A stretch of 64,000 nt of DNA, from positions 45,084 to 109,083 of the IMG/VR virus record IMGVR_UViG_3300037264_003623, one strand, 5' to 3'. The notes beneath the pieces are model-generated. The model ran no database searches and was not told where the DNA came from. It worked only from the letters and a program-made list of their open reading frames with translations. Below, piece by piece: positions 25,273 to 33,914 of this stretch (positions are counted from its first letter, which is position 1; each line of letters begins with the position of its first letter). Source of the DNA: a virus. The translations under genes were made by a program, and so were the position numbers.

Positions 25273-26896
25273 GGCCGACCGCTTCGCCGGATTTCCATCG
25301 CCCTCGTGGGCATCGCCCGCTGGCTGGGCCCGGCTTCACCTGGGGAACTGCGTCGAGGTGATGAGGTCCCTGCCTGAGTCCTCGATCGACGCGATCGTGA
25401 CCGACCCCCCGTATGGTATTGAGTTCATGGGGAGGGATTTCGACAAGTTGGGGCAGGGGCCGCAGATGCAGGAATGGCACCGGGCGTGGGCGGTCGAGGC
25501 TCTTCGAGTGGCTAAACCCGGTGCCTTCCTTCTTGCCTTTGGCGGAACCCGGACTTGGCATCGACTTGCGTGCGCGATTGAGGATGCAGGATGGGAGATC
25601 AGGGATACTCTCATGTGGATGTACGGGCAGGGATTTTCTAAAAGCATGGATGTCTCGAAGGCGATCGATAAGGCGGCGGGGTCTGATCGGGAGAAGATCC
25701 CGGAGGGGAACTCCGTAAAGCGGATGGTGCCGGGGGCGGACCAATACAAGACTAATTCCTGGATCAAAAGCGACGATCACATGTACCAGTCGGGGCGGGA
25801 GGTTCCGGTGACGGAGGCCGCGAGGACTTGGGAGGGCTATGGCACATCGCTAAAACCAGCCTGGGAGCCGGTCGTGGTCGCCCGGAAGCCCCTGGCCGGG
25901 ACGGTGGTTGATAACGTCCTGAAGCACGGGACGGGGGCGCTGAACATCGATGGGACGAGAATCAGGATCGCGCCCACTTCTCAGGATGGCTCTCGTAGTA
26001 GTCCTGATGATAGCATTTGCGACACATGCCCTTCGCGTGAGGTTTCCCATACTGTCCGCAGCGAGGACATTCACATGGAGGCCTCGTCTGCTCCTCAACG
26101 CGACGGTCGTAGCGTCCTTCGACCCAGTGAATCCGAATATGAGATCGAGAATCAATCACGCATAGATTCTCGGGCGAGTCGTCGTCCTTCCTACCGTTTA
26201 GATGATGGACTTGCTCATGCGGAAGAAGAGCCCGACCAAGCATACGTTCAGCAACGACTCGGTGATACCGAGTCTCCCGTCCGTCAACTAAGCAGCAGGT
26301 GTATCCACGCGGGTCTTTCCACATGTTTACATCGTACTACACCACATGTTGAAAGTCAAGGCCGCTTCCCCGCGAACGTGATCCACGACGGGAGCGAGGA
26401 GGTGGTAGGGATGTTCCCCGATCGCAAGACGACCTGGATCGATCCGTCTCATGCGAACAACCGGGGCGGGGATTTCCTGGGGGCTCTTGGGCATCCCGGG
26501 ATGCAGGGGTTCAACGACTCCGGCTCCGCCGCCCGCTTTTTCTACACGTCGAAGGCTGATGCGTCCGAGCGGTGGTTCTACTGCCGGATCTGCCAGGGGG
26601 CCTACCCCGCGTCCGCGGAGCAGGGGCACCACCACGGGAAGGGGCTGGGGAAGTGCCAGCACATCTTTAGACACCCGACCGTGAAGCCCTTGTCTCTATG
26701 CTCTTGGCTCTGCCGCCTCGTCTCGATGCCAGGGGGGAGCGTGATCCTCGATCCGTTCATGGGGTCGGGCTCGACGGGCGTGGCGGCCCTCGTGGAGGGC
26801 CAGCGGTTCGTTGGGGTGGAGATGGACGGGGAGTTCTTCGCCCTATCGGCGGCCCGGGTCGCGGACGCGAAGCGCCAGCCGGGCCTCTTCGACTGA
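25265..26896 (+). CDS. N6-A/N4-C DNA methyltransferase (beta class) with a long in-frame insertion
   Basis: IVTDPPY, LKPAWEP, GRFPAN, HPTVKP, LDPFMGSGSTG. Confidence 0.92.
   Translation: MSEADRFAGFPSPSWASPAGWARLHLGNCVEVMRSLPESSIDAIVTDPPYGIEFMGRDFDKLGQGPQMQEWHRAWAVEALRVAKPGAFLLAFGGTRTWHRLACAIEDAGWEIRDTLMWMYGQGFSKSMDVSKAIDKAAGSDREKIPEGNSVKRMVPGADQYKTNSWIKSDDHMYQSGREVPVTEAARTWEGYGTSLKPAWEPVVVARKPLAGTVVDNVLKHGTGALNIDGTRIRIAPTSQDGSRSSPDDSICDTCPSREVSHTVRSEDIHMEASSAPQRDGRSVLRPSESEYEIENQSRIDSRASRRPSYRLDDGLAHAEEEPDQAYVQQRLGDTESPVRQLSSRCIHAGLSTCLHRTTPHVESQGRFPANVIHDGSEEVVGMFPDRKTTWIDPSHANNRGGDFLGALGHPGMQGFNDSGSAARFFYTSKADASERWFYCRICQGAYPASAEQGHHHGKGLGKCQHIFRHPTVKPLSLCSWLCRLVSMPGGSVILDPFMGSGSTGVAALVEGQRFVGVEMDGEFFALSAARVADAKRQPGLFD
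25962..26324 (-). mobile_element. HNH endonuclease embedded antisense inside the methyltransferase ORF
   Basis: HRVVAERMLGRAL..VHHLNGRKDDDSPENL..H...H plus C-terminal CPRC..CRKC; lower GC. Confidence 0.85.
26331..26359 (-). promoter_or_regulatory. promoter of the antisense HNH (leaderless)
   Basis: TTGACT-17-TACGAT-6-ATG on the minus strand; AACATGTGG repeated twice. Confidence 0.7.
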
Positions 26897-26992
26897 GACA
26901 TCCCCGTCGGATTTCGGGAAAGAATCTCGCCGGTTCGCCGTAAGTCATTCCCTGTCAACCGATAAAAACTTGCGGGGGAAAACGGATTTCCC

Positions 26993-27033
26993 CTTGACGA
27001 AAGGGACGAAACGTATATAATATGGGTGTCAAG
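26993..27033 (+). promoter_or_regulatory. conserved early promoter
   Basis: CTTGACG-16-TATAAT-ATGGGTGTCAAG. Confidence 0.88.
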
Positions 27034-27049
27034 AGTGGAGGAGAAAGAG

Positions 27050-27544
27050 ATGAGCGAGACGATGACGAGAAGCGGCCTGGTGGACCTGATCAACGCCAAG
27101 GGCGGCGCCTTCCCGGTGGGGCTCCTCACGAAGACCCAGCCGAAGGTCCGCAAGACCGGCAACCCCTACCCCGAGATCAGCCGGGTCACCCGGCGCAACA
27201 TGTTCCTCGGCGCCTCCTACGAGTCCTGCGTGAACAACAAGCAGGAGCGGCAGGGCGGAGAGCGGGACTTCGAGGCCGAGTCCCTTCCCTGGGGCGAGCA
27301 CAGGGGCCGGTTCCTCATCGAGCATAAGGGCAAGACCTACCTCGCCGCCTACCCGGTCGCGAGCGGCTGCCACGGCGAGGACAAGTGGATCACCCCGGAC
27401 GGGGTCGAGGTGGACTTCTCCGTGGTCGAGCCCTTCCTTCCCAAGTCGAACGAGCCCAAGTCGGGCGTGGCCTGGAGGACGATCGCCCTGGAGAACATCC
27501 TGGAGGTCTCCCTCGACGGGCGGACGATCACCCTGGTCGGCTAA
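27050..27544 (+). CDS. hypothetical early protein
   Basis: RBS GGAGG; KTGNPY..YE..VN..LPWG. Confidence 0.75.
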   Translation: MSETMTRSGLVDLINAKGGAFPVGLLTKTQPKVRKTGNPYPEISRVTRRNMFLGASYESCVNNKQERQGGERDFEAESLPWGEHRGRFLIEHKGKTYLAAYPVASGCHGEDKWITPDGVEVDFSVVEPFLPKSNEPKSGVAWRTIALENILEVSLDGRTITLVG

Positions 27545-27663
27545 ATAGGGGCGGGGAGGCTTCCCGCCACCCGGCCCCCCTCGGCCTTCGGTCTCTGACT
27601 GGGGGGTACCGAGATAAGGGGGTCGGGCGGCAGGGGGCCTCGGGCCCCGAGATGGAGGATACG

Positions 27664-27843
27664 ATGGACGAGCGCGAGAGCAACGAGGCGGCGGACGAGC
27701 TCCTGGCGGGGATCCGGCGGGTCGAGACGGAGCGGTGCAGGCGGGACCGCCGGAATTGGCGCCGCAGGGAGCGCGAGCAGTGCCTCCGCGACCTGGGGCT
27801 CACGAAGGTCAAGGGCACCCTGGGCGGCACCTACTGGGAGTGA
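27664..27843 (+). CDS. small basic protein
   Basis: RBS GGAGG; DLGLTKVKGTLGGTYWE. Confidence 0.6.
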   Translation: MDERESNEAADELLAGIRRVETERCRRDRRNWRRREREQCLRDLGLTKVKGTLGGTYWE

Positions 27844-27848
27844 TCGCC

Positions 27849-28118
27849 ATGAAGAACCCCTGCGGCAAGCTGCGTCCCATCGAGGACCCCTACGCCGTCT
27901 ACTGGTCGGCGGACGGGTGGGAGTGGAGGGTCCTGAAGAAGAACCTGTCTCCCGACCAGGAGGCGAGGAACCCCTTCGCGGCCTGGTTCTGCGCCACGAA
28001 GTCTCCCTTCACGTTCGGGCGGTACGAGTACGGGGACGTGTACGCGGCCGATGTGCTCAAGAACGGGGTGGACGTCACGGAGGAGACGATGGTGGCGGAT
28101 AGGATCGCCGGGGGGTGA
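27849..28118 (+). CDS. hypothetical protein with C-terminal tag
   Basis: WEWRVLK..WFCATKSPFTFG..EYGDVY; ends MVADRIAGG. Confidence 0.7.
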   Translation: MKNPCGKLRPIEDPYAVYWSADGWEWRVLKKNLSPDQEARNPFAAWFCATKSPFTFGRYEYGDVYAADVLKNGVDVTEETMVADRIAGG

Positions 28119-28135
28119 TCTTTTCGGATTTCCCT

Positions 28136-28163
28136 TTGACGAAAGGGGGAAAATACCTATAAT
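28136..28163 (+). promoter_or_regulatory. conserved early promoter (no downstream half-site)
   Basis: TTGACG-16-TATAAT. Confidence 0.78.
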
Positions 28164-28190
28164 ATACACAGTGAGAGTGGGGGACGGGAG

Positions 28191-28456
28191 ATGCCAAAGG
28201 TTGCAAAGACGTACATCCGGCCCTCTCCGAGCGGACAGGGCTGGAGGTCCGCCGGGAGGGCGGGGAGTCGCATCACGTCCGGGCGGTCGGGCATGACCGG
28301 GACACGGGCGAGCCCCGTCTGGCGTGCGACTGCGAGGGGTTCCGGTTCCGGCGGCGCTGCTGCCACATCGAGGAGGCCGAGGCCGCCGCGAACTTCGACG
28401 AGGAGATGATGCACGGCGAGATCGAGGTCGACTGGCCGTGGCCGTTCACGGATTGA
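28191..28456 (+). pseudogene. SWIM zinc-finger protein, frameshifted near 28243
   Basis: ACDCEGFRFRRRCCHI lies in a frame with no start; one added G joins it to ATG 28191. Confidence 0.6.
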
Positions 28457-28466
28457 GGAGGACGCG

Positions 28467-29099
28467 ATGATCACCAGGTCGAGCGACTGGCTGAAGAACG
28501 ACTCCAGGTTCAAGTCCTGGGGCAAGAAGGTCCGCCCCCAGGACGTGGACCTCTCGAAAGAGAACGGATACGCCCTCGGGGGCGCGTGGGCCCGGTGGGA
28601 CGAGAGCGTGGCCCTGGGGGCCGGGGAGTTCCTGGTCGTGGCGGCGGAGACGGGGAGCAGGGCGAGCCACGACTACGACTACGCCCTCATCGAGGGAGGA
28701 GAGACGGCGCGGTGCCTGTTCAACGGGCAGGACAAGGCCAAGGGCCTTCCGGCGGAGGAGTGGAGGGCACTGAAGGAAGCGGCCCTGAAGGACCTGCCCG
28801 AGGATCAGCGGGCCAAGGCGATGAACTCGACCCTGTATCGGTTCGCGGCGGTCATCCATCACCTGGGCCAGTCGGAGCGCGTGGCGAAGGCCCTCGGGGA
28901 CATCCAGGAGGAGGTCCGGGGATCGGCCTGGTGCGGGATCTTCAGGGGGAAGGACGGCAACGGCACCCCCCGGACGATCCTCGGCACGCACGCGGTCGCC
29001 GAGACGCGGGACGAGGCATACGAGAAGGGTAACGCCGATCCGGACTTCCTCGGGGTGGTGAAGGTCGAGGTCGTGTGGGGCGGCAAGATGCCGGAATGA
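28467..29099 (+). CDS. hypothetical protein
   Basis: RBS AGGAGG. Confidence 0.7.
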   Translation: MITRSSDWLKNDSRFKSWGKKVRPQDVDLSKENGYALGGAWARWDESVALGAGEFLVVAAETGSRASHDYDYALIEGGETARCLFNGQDKAKGLPAEEWRALKEAALKDLPEDQRAKAMNSTLYRFAAVIHHLGQSERVAKALGDIQEEVRGSAWCGIFRGKDGNGTPRTILGTHAVAETRDEAYEKGNADPDFLGVVKVEVVWGGKMPE

Positions 29100-29386
29100 C
29101 GATGACGAAAGAAGAGCTGGATCTTTGCTTCCACCGGGCGCATCAGGAGGTGGAGGACTTCGCGGTGAAAGCCGCGATCCCGTGGGAGGACGGGAAGAAG
29201 GTCGAGGTCACCACGGAGCAGGCGGCGGCCTTCCTCCGGTGGCAGGCCCTCCAGCTCAACGGCGAGTGGGATGCCGAGGCGCTGAAGGATGCCCGCTGGT
29301 GTCTCTGTACCAAGACGGAGCTTATCAAGGGAGGGCCGGGCTGGGTCCTAGTATGGGACGGGGGCGTCCAGGGGGCGGTTCGATGA
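29096..29386 (+). CDS. hypothetical protein
   Basis: ATGA overlap. Confidence 0.6.
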   Translation: MTMTKEELDLCFHRAHQEVEDFAVKAAIPWEDGKKVEVTTEQAAAFLRWQALQLNGEWDAEALKDARWCLCTKTELIKGGPGWVLVWDGGVQGAVR

Positions 29387-29741
29387 TCGTCTTCAAGCAT
29401 CTTGAGTACCGGATCTACAAGGTGAAACGGCACCGTCAGTACAGCTACGACCTCCACCGGTACGTCGAGAAGCGGGAGTACGACTACGAGCATCCCGTCG
29501 TGAAGACGCGGGCGCATTCGCATCTCTTCATCCGGGAGGAGGGGATAGGTGGATGTCCCCGTGCGGGCACGAGATCGAGCACAAGGCGGCCTTCGGGGGT
29601 ATCCGCCCCGAAGACCTTGATCACGCAGTGGAGATTTTCGTCGGTAGGGAATCGGTCATCCTTCCCTGCCTGAAGTGCAGGGATTGGCTGCGGAGGAACA
29701 AGGAGGCGGTGCTCGCCGCGGAGCACCTGAATAGAGAATGA
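29383..29741 (+). pseudogene. H-CG-CxxC family protein, frameshifted in the G run at 29541-29544
   Basis: HLFIREEG + DRWMSPCG..CLKC..AAEHLNRE parallels the adjacent paralog 29738..30016. Confidence 0.6.
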
Positions 29742-30016
29742 TCGTGATCAGAAACAAGGGGACGATCTTCGAACGTGGGGTAGTGCATGTCTTCGTCCGG
29801 CAGGGATCCGAGTTCAGGGCTCTGTGTGGGGTCAAGGCCGACTTCCCCGCCTCCGAAATGCGGACGCTTGCCGAGGACATCCTGTCAGAGGACGGGGCCG
29901 AGCGGGCCGTCGAGAGGTTCAAGAGGGTTCGGGATGGGTGCGAGAGGTGCGCGGTCTGGCTGGAGAAGAACTGGGATGCCCTGGTCGTGGCGGAGCGCCT
30001 GGCGGCGACGAGGTGA
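29738..30016 (+). CDS. H-CG-CxxC zinc-finger family protein with C-terminal tag
   Basis: VHVF..ALCG..CERC..VVAERLAA. Confidence 0.65.
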   Translation: MIVIRNKGTIFERGVVHVFVRQGSEFRALCGVKADFPASEMRTLAEDILSEDGAERAVERFKRVRDGCERCAVWLEKNWDALVVAERLAATR

Positions 30017-30019
30017 TTC

Positions 30020-30469
30020 ATGTTCGTCCTGGTGGGGAAGGATCTGGTGGACCTGGTGACCCGGCGCATCCCCGAGGTCGTCGAGAAGGTGATGCAGAGG
30101 GGCCACTCGAAGTGGTGCGATAGCGCGAGGATCGTCCCCTGGTCGGCGGGTGACGAGGTGGGGGCGACCCTTCGGGTTTCCATCAAGCCTTCCTCCGTTC
30201 GGGCCTCGCGTGGGGACTTCGCCCTCTCATGGGGCGTGGCGCTCAACGGGCAATCGAAGATGGAGATCGCCCTCTATGACGGGGACATGGCGGGCCTTCT
30301 TCACGAGTCACTGTTCGGTCGGGATGGGCAGGTGGACGACGTGAGGCTCGACCTCGACTCGGCCATCAAGGGGAGGGTGGGGTGCGCGGACGTGAATGTC
30401 CTCGTGAGCAGGGTCGTCGAGAAAGTCCGGAACGCGGTGGTGGCCCACAAGATGATGGAGGGGGCATGA
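30020..30469 (+). CDS. hypothetical protein with C-terminal tag
   Basis: Ends NAVVAHKMMEGA. Confidence 0.6.
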   Translation: MFVLVGKDLVDLVTRRIPEVVEKVMQRGHSKWCDSARIVPWSAGDEVGATLRVSIKPSSVRASRGDFALSWGVALNGQSKMEIALYDGDMAGLLHESLFGRDGQVDDVRLDLDSAIKGRVGCADVNVLVSRVVEKVRNAVVAHKMMEGA

Positions 30470-30738
30470 CGAGGTGCAAGTTCGACCGGTCGAACAAGGG
30501 GGGCGTGACCTACGAGAAGCCCTGCCGCGTATGCGGGCTGGGGATCATGCGGGCGCTTCGGGACGACTGCCCGTACCGCAAGCTCGAAGGGAAGCTCGCG
30601 GTCCTCATCAAACGGCACCTCGCCTACTACGAGGGGATCGGGTTGGCGCTGAAGGACGTGAGGAAGTATCGGAGCACCGGGGAACCGGCGCTGTCGGACC
30701 GAGAGGAGATCGAGAGGTTGAAGGGGAGGAAGTCATGA
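30466..30738 (+). CDS. hypothetical Cys-containing protein
   Basis: ATGA overlap. Confidence 0.55.
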   Translation: MTRCKFDRSNKGGVTYEKPCRVCGLGIMRALRDDCPYRKLEGKLAVLIKRHLAYYEGIGLALKDVRKYRSTGEPALSDREEIERLKGRKS

Positions 30739-31076
30739 GCGAGCAGGGTGTCAGTCTGGAGTTCTTCGCCGGGGCGTGCAAGTTGCTCGCCAGGAGCTTC
30801 GGGAACCGGCTCATGGACGTGTCCACGGCGAACGCGATCAAGGACCATTTCGCCGACATCGAGGCCCTCTACAAGACGCTGGAGATGGTCCCCAGGCGGA
30901 AGCCGGGGCACAAGGGCAAGAACGCCTACTACTGCACCTGCTGGGACAGGGACGCCTGGGTGGAGCCGATAGGCGGGGATGCGGTGAAAGACAAGAGCGT
31001 CCGGCGGGGCCGTTCCGACGGGCCCCTCCACGAGCGCGGGAGCGAGAAGTGCTGGGTCGGGAAGGAGAAAAAGTGA
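30735..31076 (+). CDS. hypothetical protein
   Basis: RBS GGAGG, ATGA overlap. Confidence 0.55.
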   Translation: MSEQGVSLEFFAGACKLLARSFGNRLMDVSTANAIKDHFADIEALYKTLEMVPRRKPGHKGKNAYYCTCWDRDAWVEPIGGDAVKDKSVRRGRSDGPLHERGSEKCWVGKEKK

Positions 31077-31483
31077 ACGAGGAGAGGCTGTTCTCGATGC
31101 TCCAAGAGCTGACGGAGGCCGTCGTCGCCCTCGCGAAGGCGGTCGAGGCCGGGCGCAAGGAGACGGAGCGTCTCTGTGACCTGATCCAGCCGATCACCGA
31201 GAAGGTATTGGATTCCGAGGACGAGGGGAGGGTTGCCAGGGCCATCATGGGCCCCCCGAAAGTGGGGATGATGCTTCGCAACGACTACGCGGCCCTCAAG
31301 GACGCGATCGAGAATCCCCCCGATGCGGGCAAGAAGATCAGTGCCATAAAGGCCGTCCGGTCGGCGACGAGAAGTAGCCTGAAGGACGCGAAGGACCTGG
31401 TCGACAAGTATTGGGACACGCTGGAGAGAAGGCGGAATCTCCTCGACATGTTCGATGTTGGTGAGGCACCTTCCCCCGTATGA
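31073..31483 (+). CDS. coiled coil plus ribosomal L7/L12 C-terminal-like domain
   Basis: GKKISAIKAVRSATRSSLKDAKDLVD. Confidence 0.7.
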   Translation: MNEERLFSMLQELTEAVVALAKAVEAGRKETERLCDLIQPITEKVLDSEDEGRVARAIMGPPKVGMMLRNDYAALKDAIENPPDAGKKISAIKAVRSATRSSLKDAKDLVDKYWDTLERRRNLLDMFDVGEAPSPV

Positions 31484-31728
31484 CGAGGCAGTGCGCGTGG
31501 TGCGGGAACTTCGACGGCCAGTCTTACTGGAAGGTCGTCGGCGGGATCCTGGGCGGGAAGAGCGGCAGGGCGCGGGGCGTCTGCCGCCTACGGGATTTCC
31601 ATGCGATCGTCGTGGACGAGCTGGGTAATAGGAATGAGATTGATGTCTCCTGCTGCTCGAAGAAGGAGGCGGACCTCTGGGCGAAGGCTCTCGGGAAGGG
31701 GGAGATCAAGTGGGTCCTGGGGCTCTGA
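31480..31728 (+). CDS. hypothetical protein
   Basis: ATGA overlap; CAWC. Confidence 0.5.
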   Translation: MTRQCAWCGNFDGQSYWKVVGGILGGKSGRARGVCRLRDFHAIVVDELGNRNEIDVSCCSKKEADLWAKALGKGEIKWVLGL

Positions 31729-32018
31729 TCCTGCCGAAGGCGTTCTTCGACGCCCTGACTGCCGGGAGCCTGCATCGGAGGGACGTCGGGTTGTCGGTCG
31801 CGTTGCGCGACGATGCGACGATCCTCGAAGTCATCGCCGGAGGGGAGACTCATTCGTTCGCGATCTCCCGCGCCAAGAAGAACGGGAAGATCCACATCAG
31901 CGCCCTCTTCACCGAGCATCTATGGGCGGAGGATGCGAGGGGGTGGGAGGTGGCGGGCAGGACCATACGCGGGGCGGTGGAGGCGGCATGGGTCGGATCC
32001 GTCTTCGCCAACGATTGA
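31710..32018 (+). CDS. hypothetical protein
   Basis: RBS GGAG before GTG. Confidence 0.5.
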   Translation: MGPGALILPKAFFDALTAGSLHRRDVGLSVALRDDATILEVIAGGETHSFAISRAKKNGKIHISALFTEHLWAEDARGWEVAGRTIRGAVEAAWVGSVFAND

Positions 32019-32040
32019 CCTGCTTTTTTTCGGTTTCCTA

Positions 32041-32080
32041 TTGACGAAAGGGAGAAAACAGATATAATATCGGTGTCAAG
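32041..32080 (+). promoter_or_regulatory. conserved early promoter
   Basis: TTGACG-16-TATAAT-ATCGGTGTCAAG. Confidence 0.88.
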
Positions 32081-32095
32081 AGCGAGGAGGATGAA

Positions 32096-32497
32096 ATGGG
32101 CTGGTTGTTCATGTTCGAGATGGCGACCCGCAAGGCGATGATCGCCGATCGGATCGCCCCCCAGGAATGGGTGAACCCGGACGGGACCAAGTGCTCCCAA
32201 ACGACCCTCGCCCACACGTTCAAGGGGTCCCCCTTCGCGGGGGTCCTCTACTACGTGCGCGAGACCCGGATCGGCGAGAAGACCGATCGGTTCATCCAGA
32301 TCGACCTCCTCAGGTACTCCAAGACAGACGGCCCCGGGTGCTGGGGCTACAAGGACATGACAGAAGAATGCGGACCAAACCACGTATCATGCCCCCGCAG
32401 TTATTTGGGCATGGTTCCTTGCCCTGACAATCAGATCGCAAGAGCATGGCGGGGTAGAGTATTGGCATGGCATGATGAAAGATACAAAATTACTTGA
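32096..32497 (+). CDS. DUF6927-like protein with replaced C-terminus
   Basis: MGW start; WGYKDMTEECGP...CP...ARAWR. Confidence 0.7.
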   Translation: MGWLFMFEMATRKAMIADRIAPQEWVNPDGTKCSQTTLAHTFKGSPFAGVLYYVRETRIGEKTDRFIQIDLLRYSKTDGPGCWGYKDMTEECGPNHVSCPRSYLGMVPCPDNQIARAWRGRVLAWHDERYKIT

Positions 32498-32529
32498 CAG
32501 CGGGGGGAATGATTTTGTATCCTAAACAC

Positions 32530-33114
32530 ATGAAAACAAAAACATGTAGCCGATGCGGCAGGAACCTTCCGGCCACAGAGGAATTTTTCTTCAGAAAAAG
32601 CAAGAGGACCGGCTGGTTGTCGGGGTGCCGGGACTGCCGAAGAGTTTTGTCGAGGGATGCTTATCGCAATCGCAACAGAATCAATCACGGAAGGCTGCAA
32701 AAACTGGAGGAGCTTAGAGTCTGGAGGAGCAAGTACGGCCTCCGGAAAAAGGCGGCACAGAGGTCACATGACCCAATCGGTTATTATGCGTCTGTCATGT
32801 TCAATTCTTCTTACAGGGCATCTCTTCGTAAGAAGATACCGCATACCATTACCAGGGCATGGATCCGGCAACAGTTAGACAAGGGGATATGCTCGGCAAC
32901 TGGGCTACATTTTAGATTTCCGAAACCAGAGGAAGGGAACCTTATAGGGCGGGATCCTTACCGGCCTTCACTTGACAGAATAGACAACACCAAGGGGTAC
33001 ACCCCGGATAATAGCAGAGTAGTTCTTTGGTGGTACAACGTCGCCAAGGGGCCTTGGTCGGACGAAGAGATGCTGGTCTTGGCGGAGGCGGTAGTCCGTT
33101 ACGTAAGACGATGA
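32530..33114 (+). mobile_element. free-standing His-Me finger homing endonuclease
   Basis: CSATG..PSLDRIDNTKGYTPDNSRVVLWWYNVAKG; own TTGACA..TATCCT promoter; low GC. Confidence 0.82.
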
Positions 33115-33269
33115 TGGGGCCCTGCTACTACGGGTGCCCCCTCAAGTACCTGGAGATGGTGCCCTGCCCGGACAGTCAGTACGCCCGCGAGTGGCGGGAG
33201 GTGGTGAAGCGGTGGTGGGCGGTCCAGCGGGAGCGGAGGCAGGAGCGCAAGGCGAGGCAATCGGCGTGA
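33111..33269 (+). pseudogene. displaced original 3' end of gene 32096
   Basis: MGPCYYGCPLKYLEMVPCPDSQYAREWR parallels CGPNHVSCPRSYLGMVPCPDNQIARAWR. Confidence 0.8.
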
Positions 33270-33277
33270 GGTGTTGG

Positions 33278-33490
33278 ATGCCCGAGATGCCCGAGATGCC
33301 CTTAGAAGTGAAGCTGGCCATCGGACGGTTGTTCAGGATGATGAGCCGCCCCAGTCAGCCTGGCGATGTGGACATGTTCTACAAGTGCCGATCCATCATC
33401 CTGAACGCCGCGGAGGCCGGGGGTGTCTCTGTGGATGACTATCAGCCGAACTGGGTCCGAGATCGGTTGAAGGGTGCCCAGGGCGATTGA
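33278..33490 (+). CDS. hypothetical protein
   Basis: RBS GAGG; MPE repeat start. Confidence 0.55.
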   Translation: MPEMPEMPLEVKLAIGRLFRMMSRPSQPGDVDMFYKCRSIILNAAEAGGVSVDDYQPNWVRDRLKGAQGD

Positions 33491-33632
33491 GGGGGGTGGG
33501 AGATGAGGCGGTTGGCGGTATGGATTCTCAGGAGAGCGGCCTTGCTCTGCTACCGGGGCGAGGTCATCTTTCGGATCGGATGCTGGCCGGGGCCGAATGG
33601 TTCCGGAGAAAGAGTTACGGAGGGAGGGGCAG

Positions 33633-33911
33633 GTGAAGATTCTCGACATGTCGGTGGTGGCGGTTCGGAAGCCACTAATTAGCGACACGAGGGAGTGCGA
33701 CTGCTGCGGCAAGACGATACCTCGCAAGACGAAGGCGTTGCGGGGCAAAGTTAGGGAGGGTTACGCAACCACGACGCTGTACGTCTGCGGAGACTGCGAG
33801 ACGGCTTACGGGGGAGAGGAAGCGATCAAGAGGGCCCACGCGAAACTAGTCAGCGACATCCGGACGATGCTCGCCAACGCGAAGCCCGCGACGGACATGG
33901 ATTTGAGGTGA
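33633..33911 (+). CDS. zinc-binding protein
   Basis: CDCCG...CGDC; start uncertain. Confidence 0.55.
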   Translation: MKILDMSVVAVRKPLISDTRECDCCGKTIPRKTKALRGKVREGYATTTLYVCGDCETAYGGEEAIKRAHAKLVSDIRTMLANAKPATDMDLR

Positions 33912-33914
33912 TAC

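Noticed and set aside
26243-26266. VVAERMLG in the antisense HNH as a copy of the C-terminal tag
   Set aside because: It is the ordinary HR.VAE..LGR motif of HNH endonucleases; it also shows that such short helices can arise by chance
33278-33301. ATGCCCGAG tandem repeat
   Set aside because: Short in-frame 9-bp repeat with no further structure
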